Of a stretch of 64,000 bases of DNA, positions 12,706 through 23,000 are shown piece after piece. Each line of letters begins with the position of its first letter. Position 1 is the first letter of the stretch. The notes beneath the pieces are model-generated. The model was not told where the DNA came from. It saw only the letters and a program-made list of their open reading frames with translations, and searched no databases. The DNA comes from Octopus vulgaris (taxonomy: Eukaryota). The translations under genes were made by a program, and so were the position numbers. The DNA lies in the NCBI GenBank assembly GCA_951406725.2, contig OX597815.1:57474001-57538000 (forward strand). The letters are read 5' to 3'.

Positions 12706-15700
12706 TCAGCGGCACGGGGGCAACGAGGTCCGGGGTACTTTGGGGATCGGGGTATTTTGGGGATCCAGGGTACTTTGGGGATCCGGGGTACTTTGGGGAT
12801 CCGGGGTACTTAGAATGGGTAGGGGGGTACTTAGAATGGGTAGGGGGTATGTGGAATTGCTGCAGAAAGCAGCCCGGGTCTTTGTAGTCACAGCATATCT
12901 CCAGAGATCTCGGTCCTTCGCCATTGCCTCAGTGAGGCCCAATGCTCTGAGGTCATGCTTGACCACCTCATCCCATGTCTTCCTGGGTCTACCTCTCCCC
13001 CTGATACCTTCAACTGTTTGGGAGTGGCACTTCTTCACACATCTCTCTTCATCCATCCGCAGCACATGACCATACCATCGCAAGCGTCGCTCTTGCACAC
13101 CACATCTGATGCTTCTTATATCCAGCATTTCTCTCAGGATACTTACACTCTGTTTTGCGTGCACACTGACACTACACATCCAGCGGATCATGCTAGCTTC
13201 ATTTCTTTCAAGTCTACGCATGTCTTCTGCAGTCACAGCCCATGTTTCATTACCGTGAAGCATGGCAGTTCGCACACATGCATCATATAATCTACCTTTT
13301 GCTCTGAGGGAGAGGCCTTTTGTTGCCAGTAGGGGTAGGAGCTTTCTGAACTTTGCCCAGGCTATTCGTATTCTAGTGGTGATACTCTCTGTGCATCCAC
13401 CTCCGCTACTAACTTGGTCTCCCAGGTAGCGGAAACTATCAACTACTTCTAGTTTCTCTCCCTGGAGTGTGATGGAATCTGTTTTCTGAGTGTCTGTTGT
13501 GTCTATTGTCCCTGTGCATCTGCCGCACATGAAAGCTATCTTATCTGTTAATTTCCCTTTAATGTTGCTGCACCTCTTATGTGTCCATAACTTACATTGG
13601 GTGCATCTTATGGAGTTTCTACCTGTACCTTTCCTACAGGTTGAGCAGGGCCACCTACCCGAGGGGATGTGTGTTGAGTACCTCTTGCTGCTTACTAATA
13701 CTTTGGTCTTTGCTACATTTATTCTAAGGCCCTTTGATTCCAACCCTTGCTTCCATGCCCGAAATTTCTCTTCTAGTTCCGGTAGTGATTCTGCTATGAG
13801 AGCTAGGTCATCGGCATAGAGGAGCTCCCAGGGGCATCCCGTTTTGAATTCCTCTGTTATTGCTTGAAGGACTATGATGAACAAAAGGGGACTGAGGGCT
13901 GAGCCCTGGTGCACACCTACTTCTACTCGGAATTCTTCACTATATTCGTTGCCAATCCTAACCTTGCTAACAGCCTCTCTGTATAGAGCCTGTACAGCCC
14001 TTATTAGCCATTCTTCAATCTCCAGTTTCCGCATCGACCACCAGATAAGGGAACGGGGAACCCTGTCAAAGGCTTTCTCCAAGTCTACAAAAGCTATGTA
14101 GAGGGGTTTATCTTTAGCTAGGTACTTCTCCTGCAGTTGTCGGACCAGGAATATAGCATCAGTGGTGCTTCTACCTGGTACAAAACTGAACTGCATTTCA
14201 TCTAAACAAATTCTCTCCCTAATGAGATTGGTTATGACCTTCTCTGAGACCTTCATCACCTGGTCCAACAGTTTGATACCTCTGTAGTTATTTCTATCTA
14301 GAGCATCACCCTTACCCTTGTAGCAGTTGACTATGGTACTGCTGCACCAGTCATTGGGTATGGCTCCATTGTGAACTACCTGGTTTACAATGCGGGTGAC
14401 TATGGCATGGCCCACATAGCCAGCTGTTTTAAGCATCTCAGCAGTGATTCCTGATAGGCCAGGGGCTTTGCCTGGTTTCATATCCTTAATTGCCTTATCT
14501 ACAAGGGAGCTGTCTATTCGGGTAGCTGGTCCCTCTACTGGGTCAACATTTGGCAGGCTCTCCTCCTCCCATTCATTCTCCTCATTTAGCAGTCTTTCAT
14601 AATGGCTTCTCCAAGCCTCTTTCTTTTCACTAGTAGTAAAAGCAAGTGCCCCATCATCCATGCGGACACATTTCTCTCCTATAACATCGCTATTTTCTCT
14701 GACACACTGTCTGGCAATCCGAAATACTTCAGCTCTTTGATCCTCGCGACGCTGGACATTGGCAAACTTCTTCTTTTCTGCTACATCTTTGGCAATGTAT
14801 ACCTGCCGCCCAGCCTCCCTTTTGGCTATCTGGTACAGTTCCCTGCTGCCCCCATCCTTCCAGGCTTTCCAGGCCCGTCTCTTTTCACAGATGGCTTTAT
14901 CTACTGCACTATTCCACCACCACGTAATTCTAGGTCTGGAAGGGACTTTGCACCATCCACAAACTTGGTCTGTGGCACTCAACAAGCTGTCCCGTAGGAA
15001 TTCCCAGCTACCTTCTATGTCTGACGTCTGAAGCTCCTCTTCCCTCTCATCAAATTTCTTGATGAGTATGTCCCTAAATTTCTGACCATGCGAAGGGTTC
15101 TTTAGCCTCCAAATCCTTCTTTTCTGGATTGGTTTGTTTCTTGGAGTCCTTCTGGCCTCAAGCTTAAAGTCACTGATGATTAGTCTATGCTGAGGGATAC
15201 ATTCTTCACCCGGGAGGGTCTTTGTATTCAAGAGCAACCCTGCATCCCGTTGTCTGGTGAGGATGAAGTCTATTTGGCTAGCGGAGTCTCCTGACTGATA
15301 AGTTATAAGGTGGCAGACTGGCTTCTTGAAGTTAGTGTTGCAGATTGAAAGGTTACATGCATCACAGAATTCCAGTAGTCTAGTTCCCTCATCATTTCTG
15401 GTGCCAATACCATATCCACCATGTACCCCAGTGAAGATACCCGATTCCCGCCCAACATGCCCGTTAAAATCTCCACCTACAAAGATGAGGTCCTTGTTAC
15501 TAGTCTTTGAAGTAGCCTGCAGAAGGGTATCATAAAAGTTGTCCTTCTGATCATTTGGTAGTCCCGCTTGTGGGGCATAGGCTGAGATAATCATAGCTGT
15601 GCCACTCTGTAGGACCAACCTGAGCTTAAGCACTCTATCACAAACCCTGACAACCTCTATGACCTTATCCACCCATTCCTCCGCAAGGAGAATGCCTACA

Positions 15701-16032
15701 CCCCCTACACCTTCCGCGTTACCTTGCCAGTAGAGTTTGTATCTAAGTGCCTTGCCCGTGAGGACCCTAGCCGAAGCATCTCTCCATCTTACCTCTTGTA
15801 TGCAGCATACATCAACCTGTCTTCTCTCTAGCATCTCTACAATCTCACTAGACTTGCCTGTCAATGTACCAACATTGATAGTGCCAACTCTGAAAACTGG
15901 GAAGGAGATGTGGGGGGGACAGGGGGATTCGGCGCCTGAGAAGAGGAGGGTTGTAGTGGTGGTGATAGTTTTCGTGGTATTTTTCTTTTGATCTCTCTTC
16001 CAACCTGACCACGCCGTGGGCAGGAGCTGGTG
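12706..16032 (-). CDS. RTE polyprotein: APE endonuclease, RT and PHD-like zinc finger
   Basis: Frame is open from just after a TAA near 16035 to the stop at 12706. Motifs VGTINVGTL, CIQEVRW, GDFNGH, SQIDFIL, QHRL, YADD. The start codon is uncertain. Confidence 0.9.
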   Translation of the reverse strand, partial: HQLLPTAWSGWKRDQKKNTTKTITTTTTLLFSGAESPCPPHISFPVFRVGTINVGTLTGKSSEIVEMLERRQVDVCCIQEVRWRDASARVLTGKALRYKLYWQGNAEGVGGVGILLAEEWVDKVIEVVRVCDRVLKLRLVLQSGTAMIISAYAPQAGLPNDQKDNFYDTLLQATSKTSNKDLIFVGGDFNGHVGRESGIFTGVHGGYGIGTRNDEGTRLLEFCDACNLSICNTNFKKPVCHLITYQSGDSASQIDFILTRQRDAGLLLNTKTLPGEECIPQHRLIISDFKLEARRTPRNKPIQKRRIWRLKNPSHGQKFRDILIKKFDEREEELQTSDIEGSWEFLRDSLLSATDQVCGWCKVPSRPRITWWWNSAVDKAICEKRRAWKAWKDGGSRELYQIAKREAGRQVYIAKDVAEKKKFANVQRREDQRAEVFRIARQCVRENSDVIGEKCVRMDDGALAFTTSEKKEAWRSHYERLLNEENEWEEESLPNVDPVEGPATRIDSSLVDKAIKDMKPGKAPGLSGITAEMLKTAGYVGHAIVTRIVNQVVHNGAIPNDWCSSTIVNCYKGKGDALDRNNYRGIKLLDQVMKVSEKVITNLIRERICLDEMQFSFVPGRSTTDAIFLVRQLQEKYLAKDKPLYIAFVDLEKAFDRVPRSLIWWSMRKLEIEEWLIRAVQALYREAVSKVRIGNEYSEEFRVEVGVHQGSALSPLLFIIVLQAITEEFKTGCPWELLYADDLALIAESLPELEEKFRAWKQGLESKGLRINVAKTKVLVSSKRYSTHIPSGRWPCSTCRKGTGRNSIRCTQCKLWTHKRCSNIKGKLTDKIAFMCGRCTGTIDTTDTQKTDSITLQGEKLEVVDSFRYLGDQVSSGGGCTESITTRIRIAWAKFRKLLPLLATKGLSLRAKGRLYDACVRTAMLHGNETWAVTAEDMRRLERNEASMIRWMCSVSVHAKQSVSILREMLDIRSIRCGVQERRLRWYGHVLRMDEERCVKKCHSQTVEGIRGRGRPRKTWDEVVKHDLRALGLTEAMAKDRDLWRYAVTTKTRAAFCSNSTYPLPILSTPLPILSTPDPQSTPDPQSTLDPQNTPIPKVPRTSLPPCR

Positions 16033-16236
16033 TTAGCAGTGGACATTTGTTATCGTCACTGAGTAACGTAATTAGGTAGAGGAAAGAAATACAGATATTC
16101 TAGAGTTGAGTTGGGGAGGGGGGTCCAGTTGAGGCGGGTAATATAGGGGAGCAACCAGTGGGGAAGGTTGGGGTAAGGAGGAACGATGGCAGGAAGGGTT
16201 GGTGTAGGTTCCTAAGAAATAAAAACTTAGGATATT

Positions 16237-16730
16237 ACGAGGCGGGAGGGTACTAAAAGGGGATGGTCGGATTGACGAGGCGGGAGGGTACTAAAAGGGG
16301 ATGGTCGGATTGAGGCAGTGTCAGGAGGAAGCGTAAGATCGGTGGGCAGTTGATGAGCTATGGCGCTAGCAGCTTGTCTTAAGCATATGAGGAGAAGGGT
16401 ACTAAAAGGGGATGGTCGGATTGACGAGGCGGGAGGGTACTAAAAAGGGGATGGTCGGATTGAGGCAGTGTCAGGAGGAAGCGTAAGATCGGTGGGCAGT
16501 TGATGAGCTATGGCGCTAGCAGCTTGTCTTAAGCATATGAGGAGAAGGGGTAGTGGGGGGAGGAGGAGGGAGTAGGGCGTACCCAGTGTAGATGAGTAAG
16601 GCGTATCCGGTGTAGATGGAGAGAACGGGGTATACTGGTATTGGTGGTGGTGGGGGGTGAGAACAGTGTTCAACGGTATTGGTGGTGGGGGTGAGAACAG
16701 TGTTCAACGGTATTGGTGGTGGGGGTGGGG
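16237..16730. repeat. Nested short tandem duplications in the RTE copy 2 5' UTR
   Basis: Repeated gggtactaaaaggggatggtcggattga units, a ~150-bp duplication, and a 31-bp unit repeated at ~16637-16725. Confidence 0.85.
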
Positions 16731-16739
16731 GGCGGGCGC

Positions 16740-17714
16740 ACCGCCAATGGCTGAAAGATGGGAAAAGATGGGATTACGGCTTGAGGCAGCCTACGGTTAA
16801 ATATTGTAGAGAGAGAGATAGGAAGATAAATCAAGTTATGGCGAAGGCTTGAAAGTAGCCTAAAAAAGGTTAAATTTTCGTAACAGTGTATGAATAAACG
16901 TAGTAACAACGAATAAAAAAATAGTAAGATAAATTTTTTTAAGAACTTGCTGCGGTCATCGAGCGGGAGTTGAAATTGAAGAAGAAAGTAAGTTGAACTG
17001 GGAATTTAAATTGCAGAATCGTAATAGTAATGGCGGTTTTCAAGTTTTAGCATATGAAGAAGAAGAGGAGGAAAAAGAAAAAGAAGACCGCCAATGGCTG
17101 AAAGATGGGAAAAGATGGGATTACGGCTTGAGGCAGCCTACGGTTAAATATTGTAGAGAGAGAGATAGGAAGATAAATCAAGTTATGGCGAAGGCTTGAA
17201 AGTAGCCTAAAAAAGGTTAAATTTTCGTAACAGTGTATGAATAAACGTAGTAACAACGAATAAAAAAATAGTAAGATAAATTTTTAAGAACTTGCTGCGG
17301 TCATCGAGCGGGAGTTGAAATTGAAGAAGAAAGTAAGTTGAACTGGGAATTTAAATTGCAGAATCGTAATAGTAATGGCGGTTTTCAAGTTTTAGCATAT
17401 GAAGAAGAAGAGGAGGAAAAAGAAAAAGAAGACCGCCAATGGCTGAAAGATGGGAAAAGATGGGATTACGGCTTGAGGCAGCCTACGGTTAAATATTGTA
17501 GAGAGAGAGATAGGAAGATAAATCAAGTTATGGCGAAGGCTTGAAAGTAGCCTAAAAAAGGTTAAATTTTCGTAACAGTGTATGAATAAACGTAGTAACA
17601 ACGAATAAAAAAATAGTAAGATAAATTTTTTTTAAGAACTTGCTGCGGTCATCGAGCGGGAGTTGAAATTGAAGAAGAAAGTAAGTTGAACTGGGAATTT
17701 AAATTGCAGAATCG

Positions 17715-17717
<3 letters not shown>
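16740..17717 (-). repeat. ~345-bp tandem monomers (about 2.8 copies) at the RTE copy 2 5' end
   Basis: The unit accgccaatggctgaaag... starts at 16740, 17087 and 17432; copies differ mainly in a T-run length. Confidence 0.95.
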
Positions 17718-17751
<34 letters not shown>

Positions 17752-17929
17752 CTGAAGTTGTCTGTGTATGGCAGGTTTGGTAGCCTTCAACTAACACTAT
17801 CTCCTCCGAGACCCTGCAGCGCAAGTTGACCAAAATTGAGAGTATGATAGAAGAAGGCTTGCTCTTCCTTCCGTAGAAGAAAAAATTCAAATCCTCTTCT
17901 AGGATATGTGTGTATATATATATATATAT

Positions 17930-18103
17930 AAGTATGTATAAAAGGGAAGGCCGGTTTGTGGGATTGCATAAGTTTCCTGTCCATAAAGGGTTTAGACCAA
18001 CAGGTTTTTGGGATCTGACGATACGCTATAAAGCTAAACCCATTATGGACGGGAAACCTAAGGTAATCTCATAAACCGGCCTTTCCCATTTATAATATAT
18101 ACT
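17930..18103. repeat. Imperfect inverted repeat, MITE-like hairpin
   Basis: gggaaggccggttt...ccataaagggtttag pairs with ctaaacccattatgg...aaaccggcctttccc. Confidence 0.7.
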
Positions 18104-18313
18104 TTTTACAAAAGTTACAATTGTATATTTTAGAGAATGTTTAATATTTTTTTGTTTCAGTGAGTGATTTAAAGTATAACTGGTTTCGATGTATCCATCT
18201 TATCAACTATTAAAAAGAATTTGGGGGGGAAATCAAAGAGAAAAAAAATGGGGGTTAACAGTTTGCACCCATGTTTCAGGGCATAGTGAAATTTTTCTTT
18301 AGAGTCACTGCTG

Positions 18314-18903
18314 GAGGAATTACAACCGTGTTTCATGGTCTGCTACCACAACAGCTCCTTTATAGGATCCAGTTAGCTCAAGACATCATCAGGAGGAACC
18401 ACGTCCGGTTTTGGTCCCTACTCCTCTACCGTTTTGATGTGGCGGGGCCCCCCTTTTCTGAAGTGTCTTCAGCTCTGGTGTTGGGTGCATGTCTTCTTTC
18501 TTCTTCTTTCTTCTGTTCCCTGGCCTCTTCGATGTATCATCAGCGAGTGTCAGCCGGAGACTGACTGTCTTGTCAAATTTCTCCCTTTAAATACCTGCCA
18601 CATAGGCTCCAGCAGGCAGCCCCAGCAAGTTGTCACGTGACACTGTCTCACCTTAACTGACTAGTGAAGGCGCGTAGTTTTAGCCCGCGCTTTTTCTAAA
18701 CGACCGTCACCTGTCAGTCAGCAAAGCTGATTCAGTCAGCTTGTCTCACCTAATGATGTTATTTCCTGTCAGCGTGTTTATGACTTTCAAGCCATTTTCG
18801 GTCTTCCCACTTCAGCTATATATTGAAGATGGCTTTTTCGACTGCCTCCTGTACTCTCCTTATTAGTTTATGCAGCTCGGGGCTAGAAAAAACAAATCTT
18901 CTT
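18314..18903 (-). repeat. Downstream terminal direct repeat (ORF end plus 3' UTR)
   Basis: Aligns end to end with 22230-22793. Confidence 0.95.
18380..18431 (-). ncRNA. Hammerhead-like RNA with non-canonical segment order (GAAA mutated to AAAA in this copy)
   Basis: CGGU-A-GAGGA..GGGAC-C-AAAACCG..UCCUC-CUGAUGA-U-GUCUU; three complementary helices can form. Confidence 0.5.
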
Positions 18904-21056
18904 TTGAAAAGTGTTGTCATTTTCTTTTCAATGAAGCCTCTAGCCCCCACTGCCAGGTGATAATATTTGACATTCCATCCCTGTTCTCTGCATTCTTCGA
19001 TTAGCTTTTCATACCTCTTCTCCTTTCGTTCCTCTGCATTGCCGATGTTCTCTTCCCAAGGTACTGTCAGTTCTAGTAAAATTCCCATTCTCCGGTCTCT
19101 GTTCCATAGAACTAAATCCGGTCTTTTTGTTGTTTTTATTAGTGGGAAAATTACTTGTCTTTCCAAGTCCGTGGTCACCTCCCAGTATCCCTTCCATCTT
19201 TCGTCTATCTCGTATACTTCACTTGTAGGCCTGGCTTTATAACTTTTTCTCTCCTTGTGGAAGTATACTCTCCTGCACTTTTCTACTTTTGGGTATTCTC
19301 CCCTATTGTACCTCTCGATCTTATCCTTGAGTGCTGCACTTATGACACCGAGGACTTGATTATGCCGCCATGTATATCTTTCAAGTGCTAGTCTGCAACC
19401 TGACAGAACATGTCTAACTGTCGCTTTCTCTCCGCATCTGCACTCATCGGTTTTGTTTATGTTCCACCGGGCTAAGTTCGCCGGTGAGGGTAGAACATCG
19501 AAGGTAGACTTGATCAGGAAGGATGTTCTTGCTTGTTCCCAAGCCCAAAGTTCCTTCCATGATATTCTGCGGTTGATCACATATTCCTCCCATCTCAGGC
19601 ACTGTCCCTGTTGACTGCATTGCACCAAATGTACATTTCGCCTTTCTTCTTCCTCCTTTCTCACTTCGTATACCACTGCCTCTTTCATCTCTTTTACACT
19701 GTTCTTGCAAAATGGCCTGAAATTTTGCAACCCTAGGCTGGATCTAGCTTCTTGCGTCACTCCGACTATATCTGCGTGCTTTAGTTTTCTGATCGCCCTG
19801 TTTACTGCCTCTTCCGCCTTCCATTTCCTCCCTGTTTGTACCTTTGAAGGGTTTTCCCGGATGCTCTGAACTTTTGAATACCTTAGCATCATTACTGTCC
19901 TTGCCTTTCCTGCCTTATATTCTTCGGCGATTGATGTTATTGGTAGTTGCAGCACGGGTTTTCCATATAGTGCAGTTGTATTCATTGGTTTCGGCAGACC
20001 AAGCCATTTTCTGATAAACACACTGCATCTTTGCTCCATCCTTTCTACTCTACTCGAGGCTATTTCGTACATTTGCAATGGCCACATTATTCTTGGGTAC
20101 AGCCCAAATTGCAGTATCCAACATTTGAATTTTCCCGGCAGCGTTGTTCTGTCAATTGCCTTTAATCCTTGTTCTACTAACTCATGTGTTTCTTTCCTTT
20201 GCTTCTTATCATTTAATAAATCTCTATACCATCTGCCGAGACTCTTTACTGGTTGTTCTTTCACCGTTGGTATGTCTTCACTTCCTATCCTGAATTTCAC
20301 TTCTTCTTGCCTTCCTTTCACGAAAGCCACGCTTCGAGATTTTTTGGCTTTGAATTTCATCCTTGCCCATCCTATCAGTTCATCCAACCGCTCTAATGTT
20401 CCCTCTGCTGCTTCTCTACTTTCCGATAATATAGTTACGTCATCCATAAAAGCCCTTAATGGTGTCTTTGTAACAGGTTTCTCGCAGTTTGTAGATCTGA
20501 GTAGCATTTCCATGACTAACACGAATAAGATGACTGATATTGTACATCCAGCTGCAATACCTATTTCAAGCCGTTGCCACTCCGTTGTGAACTTTCCTGC
20601 TGTAAATCTCATCCTCAGGTTGTCATAGTACGACATGAGCATTCGTTGAACATCTTTTGGAATCCAAAAGAAGTCCATCGCTGTTTTTATTATTGCGTGC
20701 AGAACAGATCCATAAGCATTGGCAAGATCTAGCCAAACAATATATAGGTTTTCCTTCATTTGTTTTGCACAGGTGATGGCTTCCCAGATGGAAAATGCGT
20801 GTTCTATGCACCCAGGGATTCCCGCTTTTTGAATCGCTTCATTAACGTATCTGTTATGCTGTACGAATCTTATGATTCGTCTAGCAATTATTCCGAACAT
20901 GATTTTCCCGTCTGTATTTAGTAGTGAAATCAGTCTAAATTGGCCTAGTGTTTTTACCTCTTTTTCTTTAGGTAGATGGATACCTTCGGCTATACACCAT
21001 CGCTCTGCTACATCTTTCTTCTTCCACATTTCTCTTATCAGTGCAAACTGATGCAA
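18816..21056 (-). pseudogene. RT-REL ORF remnant (746 aa) of the HERO-like element
   Basis: Longest open segment. Upstream coding continues in broken frames to ~22000. Confidence 0.85.
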
Positions 21057-22229
21057 TCATAATTTCGGGCAATATTTGTATACCTTGTAGCTCACTCCAT
21101 TGTGTCCTGGTGCACTTTTTGCTCTTACTTTCCTTATGAATGCATCCATTTCTTTCCGTTTGATGTCGCTCAAATCAAATGGTACCCTTGGTTCAGGTGG
21201 TTTCTTCAGTCCGTGCATTTCTGGGAGTACTTCATTTCTGTCAGTATGTCTCTTTCAGATGTTGTTTGAGCTCTTCTTTCGTGCAATCCAATTTTCCGCT
21301 TTTACTTTCAGTAAATAGATGTTTCGCATATTGATAGGGATTGTTCACAAAGCTACGATAGTTTTTTTCTCTCTCCTTTCTTCTGCTCCTCCTTCTTTGT
21401 TTTCTTAGCAGATCTCGATGCCTCTTTTTTATCTCTTCCTATAGCTGCTTTAGCCCTTCTCTTTCCTCCTCCTTTGCATCCCTCCATCAGGTTCTGAGTT
21501 TTTTCTTCTCTTCTCGAATCTTTGCGATCCATCTTTCTCTCCTCGATGGTCAGCTCTTTGCTGTTGATTCTACCTTCTTTGTTGTTTCCAGTCCAAATCT
21601 TTTCTCTCCTTCCTGGTAGATTGTATTAGCCAGGTTTTCGAGCTTTTGTTCGTTGTCGCCTTTGAATTTGGTGGTCATTCTTGCTACCTCGTCGTCAAAT
21701 TTTTTATAACTCGCCGTGTCATTTGCTTTCAGCCACTTAACCTTTGTCCTCTTCATGCCTATCAGTCTTTTTGACTGTTCCAATTCAACTGTGGAATGAA
21801 CCTCGCTATGGTTATTTTCTGGGGGGTTCTGGCCACACGTCTTATAGTTTATCAACCCGCGTTGTTGAATCACTTTCTTCTGGCACACCTTCCCTTGGTG
21901 GATTCTCAGCCCGATGTAACTAGCGAACACCTTTCTGCAGCAGCTGAACTCCTCATCTACCATTCCTATACCGTTTCCTTTCTCATTGTCCATTTCCGGT
22001 CCAAGTCCATTTCGTTTTTTTCCGTCCCTATTTGATGATCCTTTATTCTTGCCCCGTGGTTCGGGATCATGGGGGCATAATTTCTCATGTTTTTTCGATG
22101 CAATTTCAGCCCGGATCGGGCTGCAATCCCATTTGATCCTTCGTTACGCTGTCGTACTGTCAAGCGTCTCTCTGCTTTGTCATCCCTCTTTCTGGATTGT
22201 CAGCAAGTCTTTCCCTGCAGTCAGTATCT

Positions 22230-22793
22230 GAGGAATTACAACCGTGTTTCGTGGTCTGCTACCACAACAGCTCCTTTATAGGATCCAGTTAGCTCAAGAC
22301 ATCATCAGGAGGAACCACGTCCAGTTTCGGCCTCTACTCTACTGTTTTGATGTGGCAGCCCCCCCCCCCCTTCGGAGGTGTCTTCAGCTCTGGTGTTGGG
22401 TGCATGTCTTCTTTCTTCTTCTTTCTTCTGTTCCCTGGCCTCTTCGATGTATCATCAGCGAGTGTCAGCCAGTGACTGACTGACTTGTCAAATTTTTCCC
22501 TTTAAATACCTGCCACATAGGCTCCAGCAGGCAGCCCCAGCAAGTTTTCACATGACACTGTCTCACCTTAACTGACTAGTGAAGGCGCGTAGTTTTAGCC
22601 CGCGCTTTTTCTAAAAGACCGTCAGTCAGCTTGTTTCACCTAATGATGTTATTTCCCGTTGGCATGTTTATGACTTTCAAGCCATTTTCGGTCTTCCCAC
22701 TTCAGCCATATATTGAAGATGGCTTTTTCGACTGCCTCCTGTATTCTCCTTATTAGTTTACGCAGCTCGGGGCTAGAAAAAACAAATCTTCTT
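22230..22793 (-). repeat. Upstream terminal direct repeat
   Basis: Aligns with 18314-18903; begins inside the ORF C-terminus. Confidence 0.95.
22296..22344 (-). ncRNA. Hammerhead-like RNA with non-canonical segment order (core intact, stem I shortened)
   Basis: CAGU-A-GAG..GAGGC-C-GAAACUG..CUC-CUGAUGA-U-GUCUU. Confidence 0.55.
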
Positions 22794-23000
22794 ATATATG
22801 TTTTGTGTATGCAGGCTTAGGGTGGGGTTCAAGAGTTCAAGTTTTAGGAATTCTATTGAAAACAAGCATGCAGATACACAGCTGTCTATATCCTGAATAG
22901 AAACTACTTATTCAATTCAAAAGACTTCATTTCGATAGAATTCCTGAAACATAAACTCTTGAACCCCACCCCAAACCTGCATAGACAAAACATATATAAG
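22791..23000. repeat. Inverted repeat, MITE-like element
   Basis: cttatatatgttttg...ggtggggttcaagagtt...aggaattctat pairs with atagaattcct...aactcttgaaccccacc...caaaacatatataag. Confidence 0.75.

Larger units (their letters stand above)
12461..17717 (-). mobile_element. RTE LINE copy 2, apparently full length, distinct subfamily
   Basis: (GAT)n tail at 12461-12480, uninterrupted APE-RT frame, repetitive 5' UTR, (TA)n on both flanks. Confidence 0.95.
12283..17895 (+). repeat. Second copy of Helitron segment ~10745-10996, split at its (TA)n tract by RTE copy 2
   Basis: 12350-12460 plus 17718-17893 reconstitute the sequence at 10745-10996. Confidence 0.85.
18314..22793 (-). mobile_element. HERO/NeSL-like non-LTR retrotransposon (RT plus restriction-like endonuclease) bounded by long direct repeats
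   Basis: N-terminal zinc finger CCRKVFASYIGLRIHQGKVC; RT motifs WLDLANAYGSV, GIAAGCTIS and AFMDD; CCHC finger CRCGEKATVRHVLSGC; RHN; REL motif RPDLVLW...LELTVPWEE. Stops and frameshifts in the N-terminal third. Confidence 0.85.

Noticed and set aside
16993-17601. Duplicated 68-69 aa ORFs
   Set aside because: By-products of the 345-bp tandem repeat, with no recognisable domain.
18314-18395. Canonical type I hammerhead using CUGAUGA with the downstream GAAACACGGUUGUA
   Set aside because: Stem I cannot form (uuccuc faces auuccuc); the reversed-order pairing fits all three helices better.
18314-22793. True LTR retrotransposon
   Set aside because: No TG...CA ends, PBS, PPT, integrase or RNase H; the protein is an RT-REL non-LTR type.
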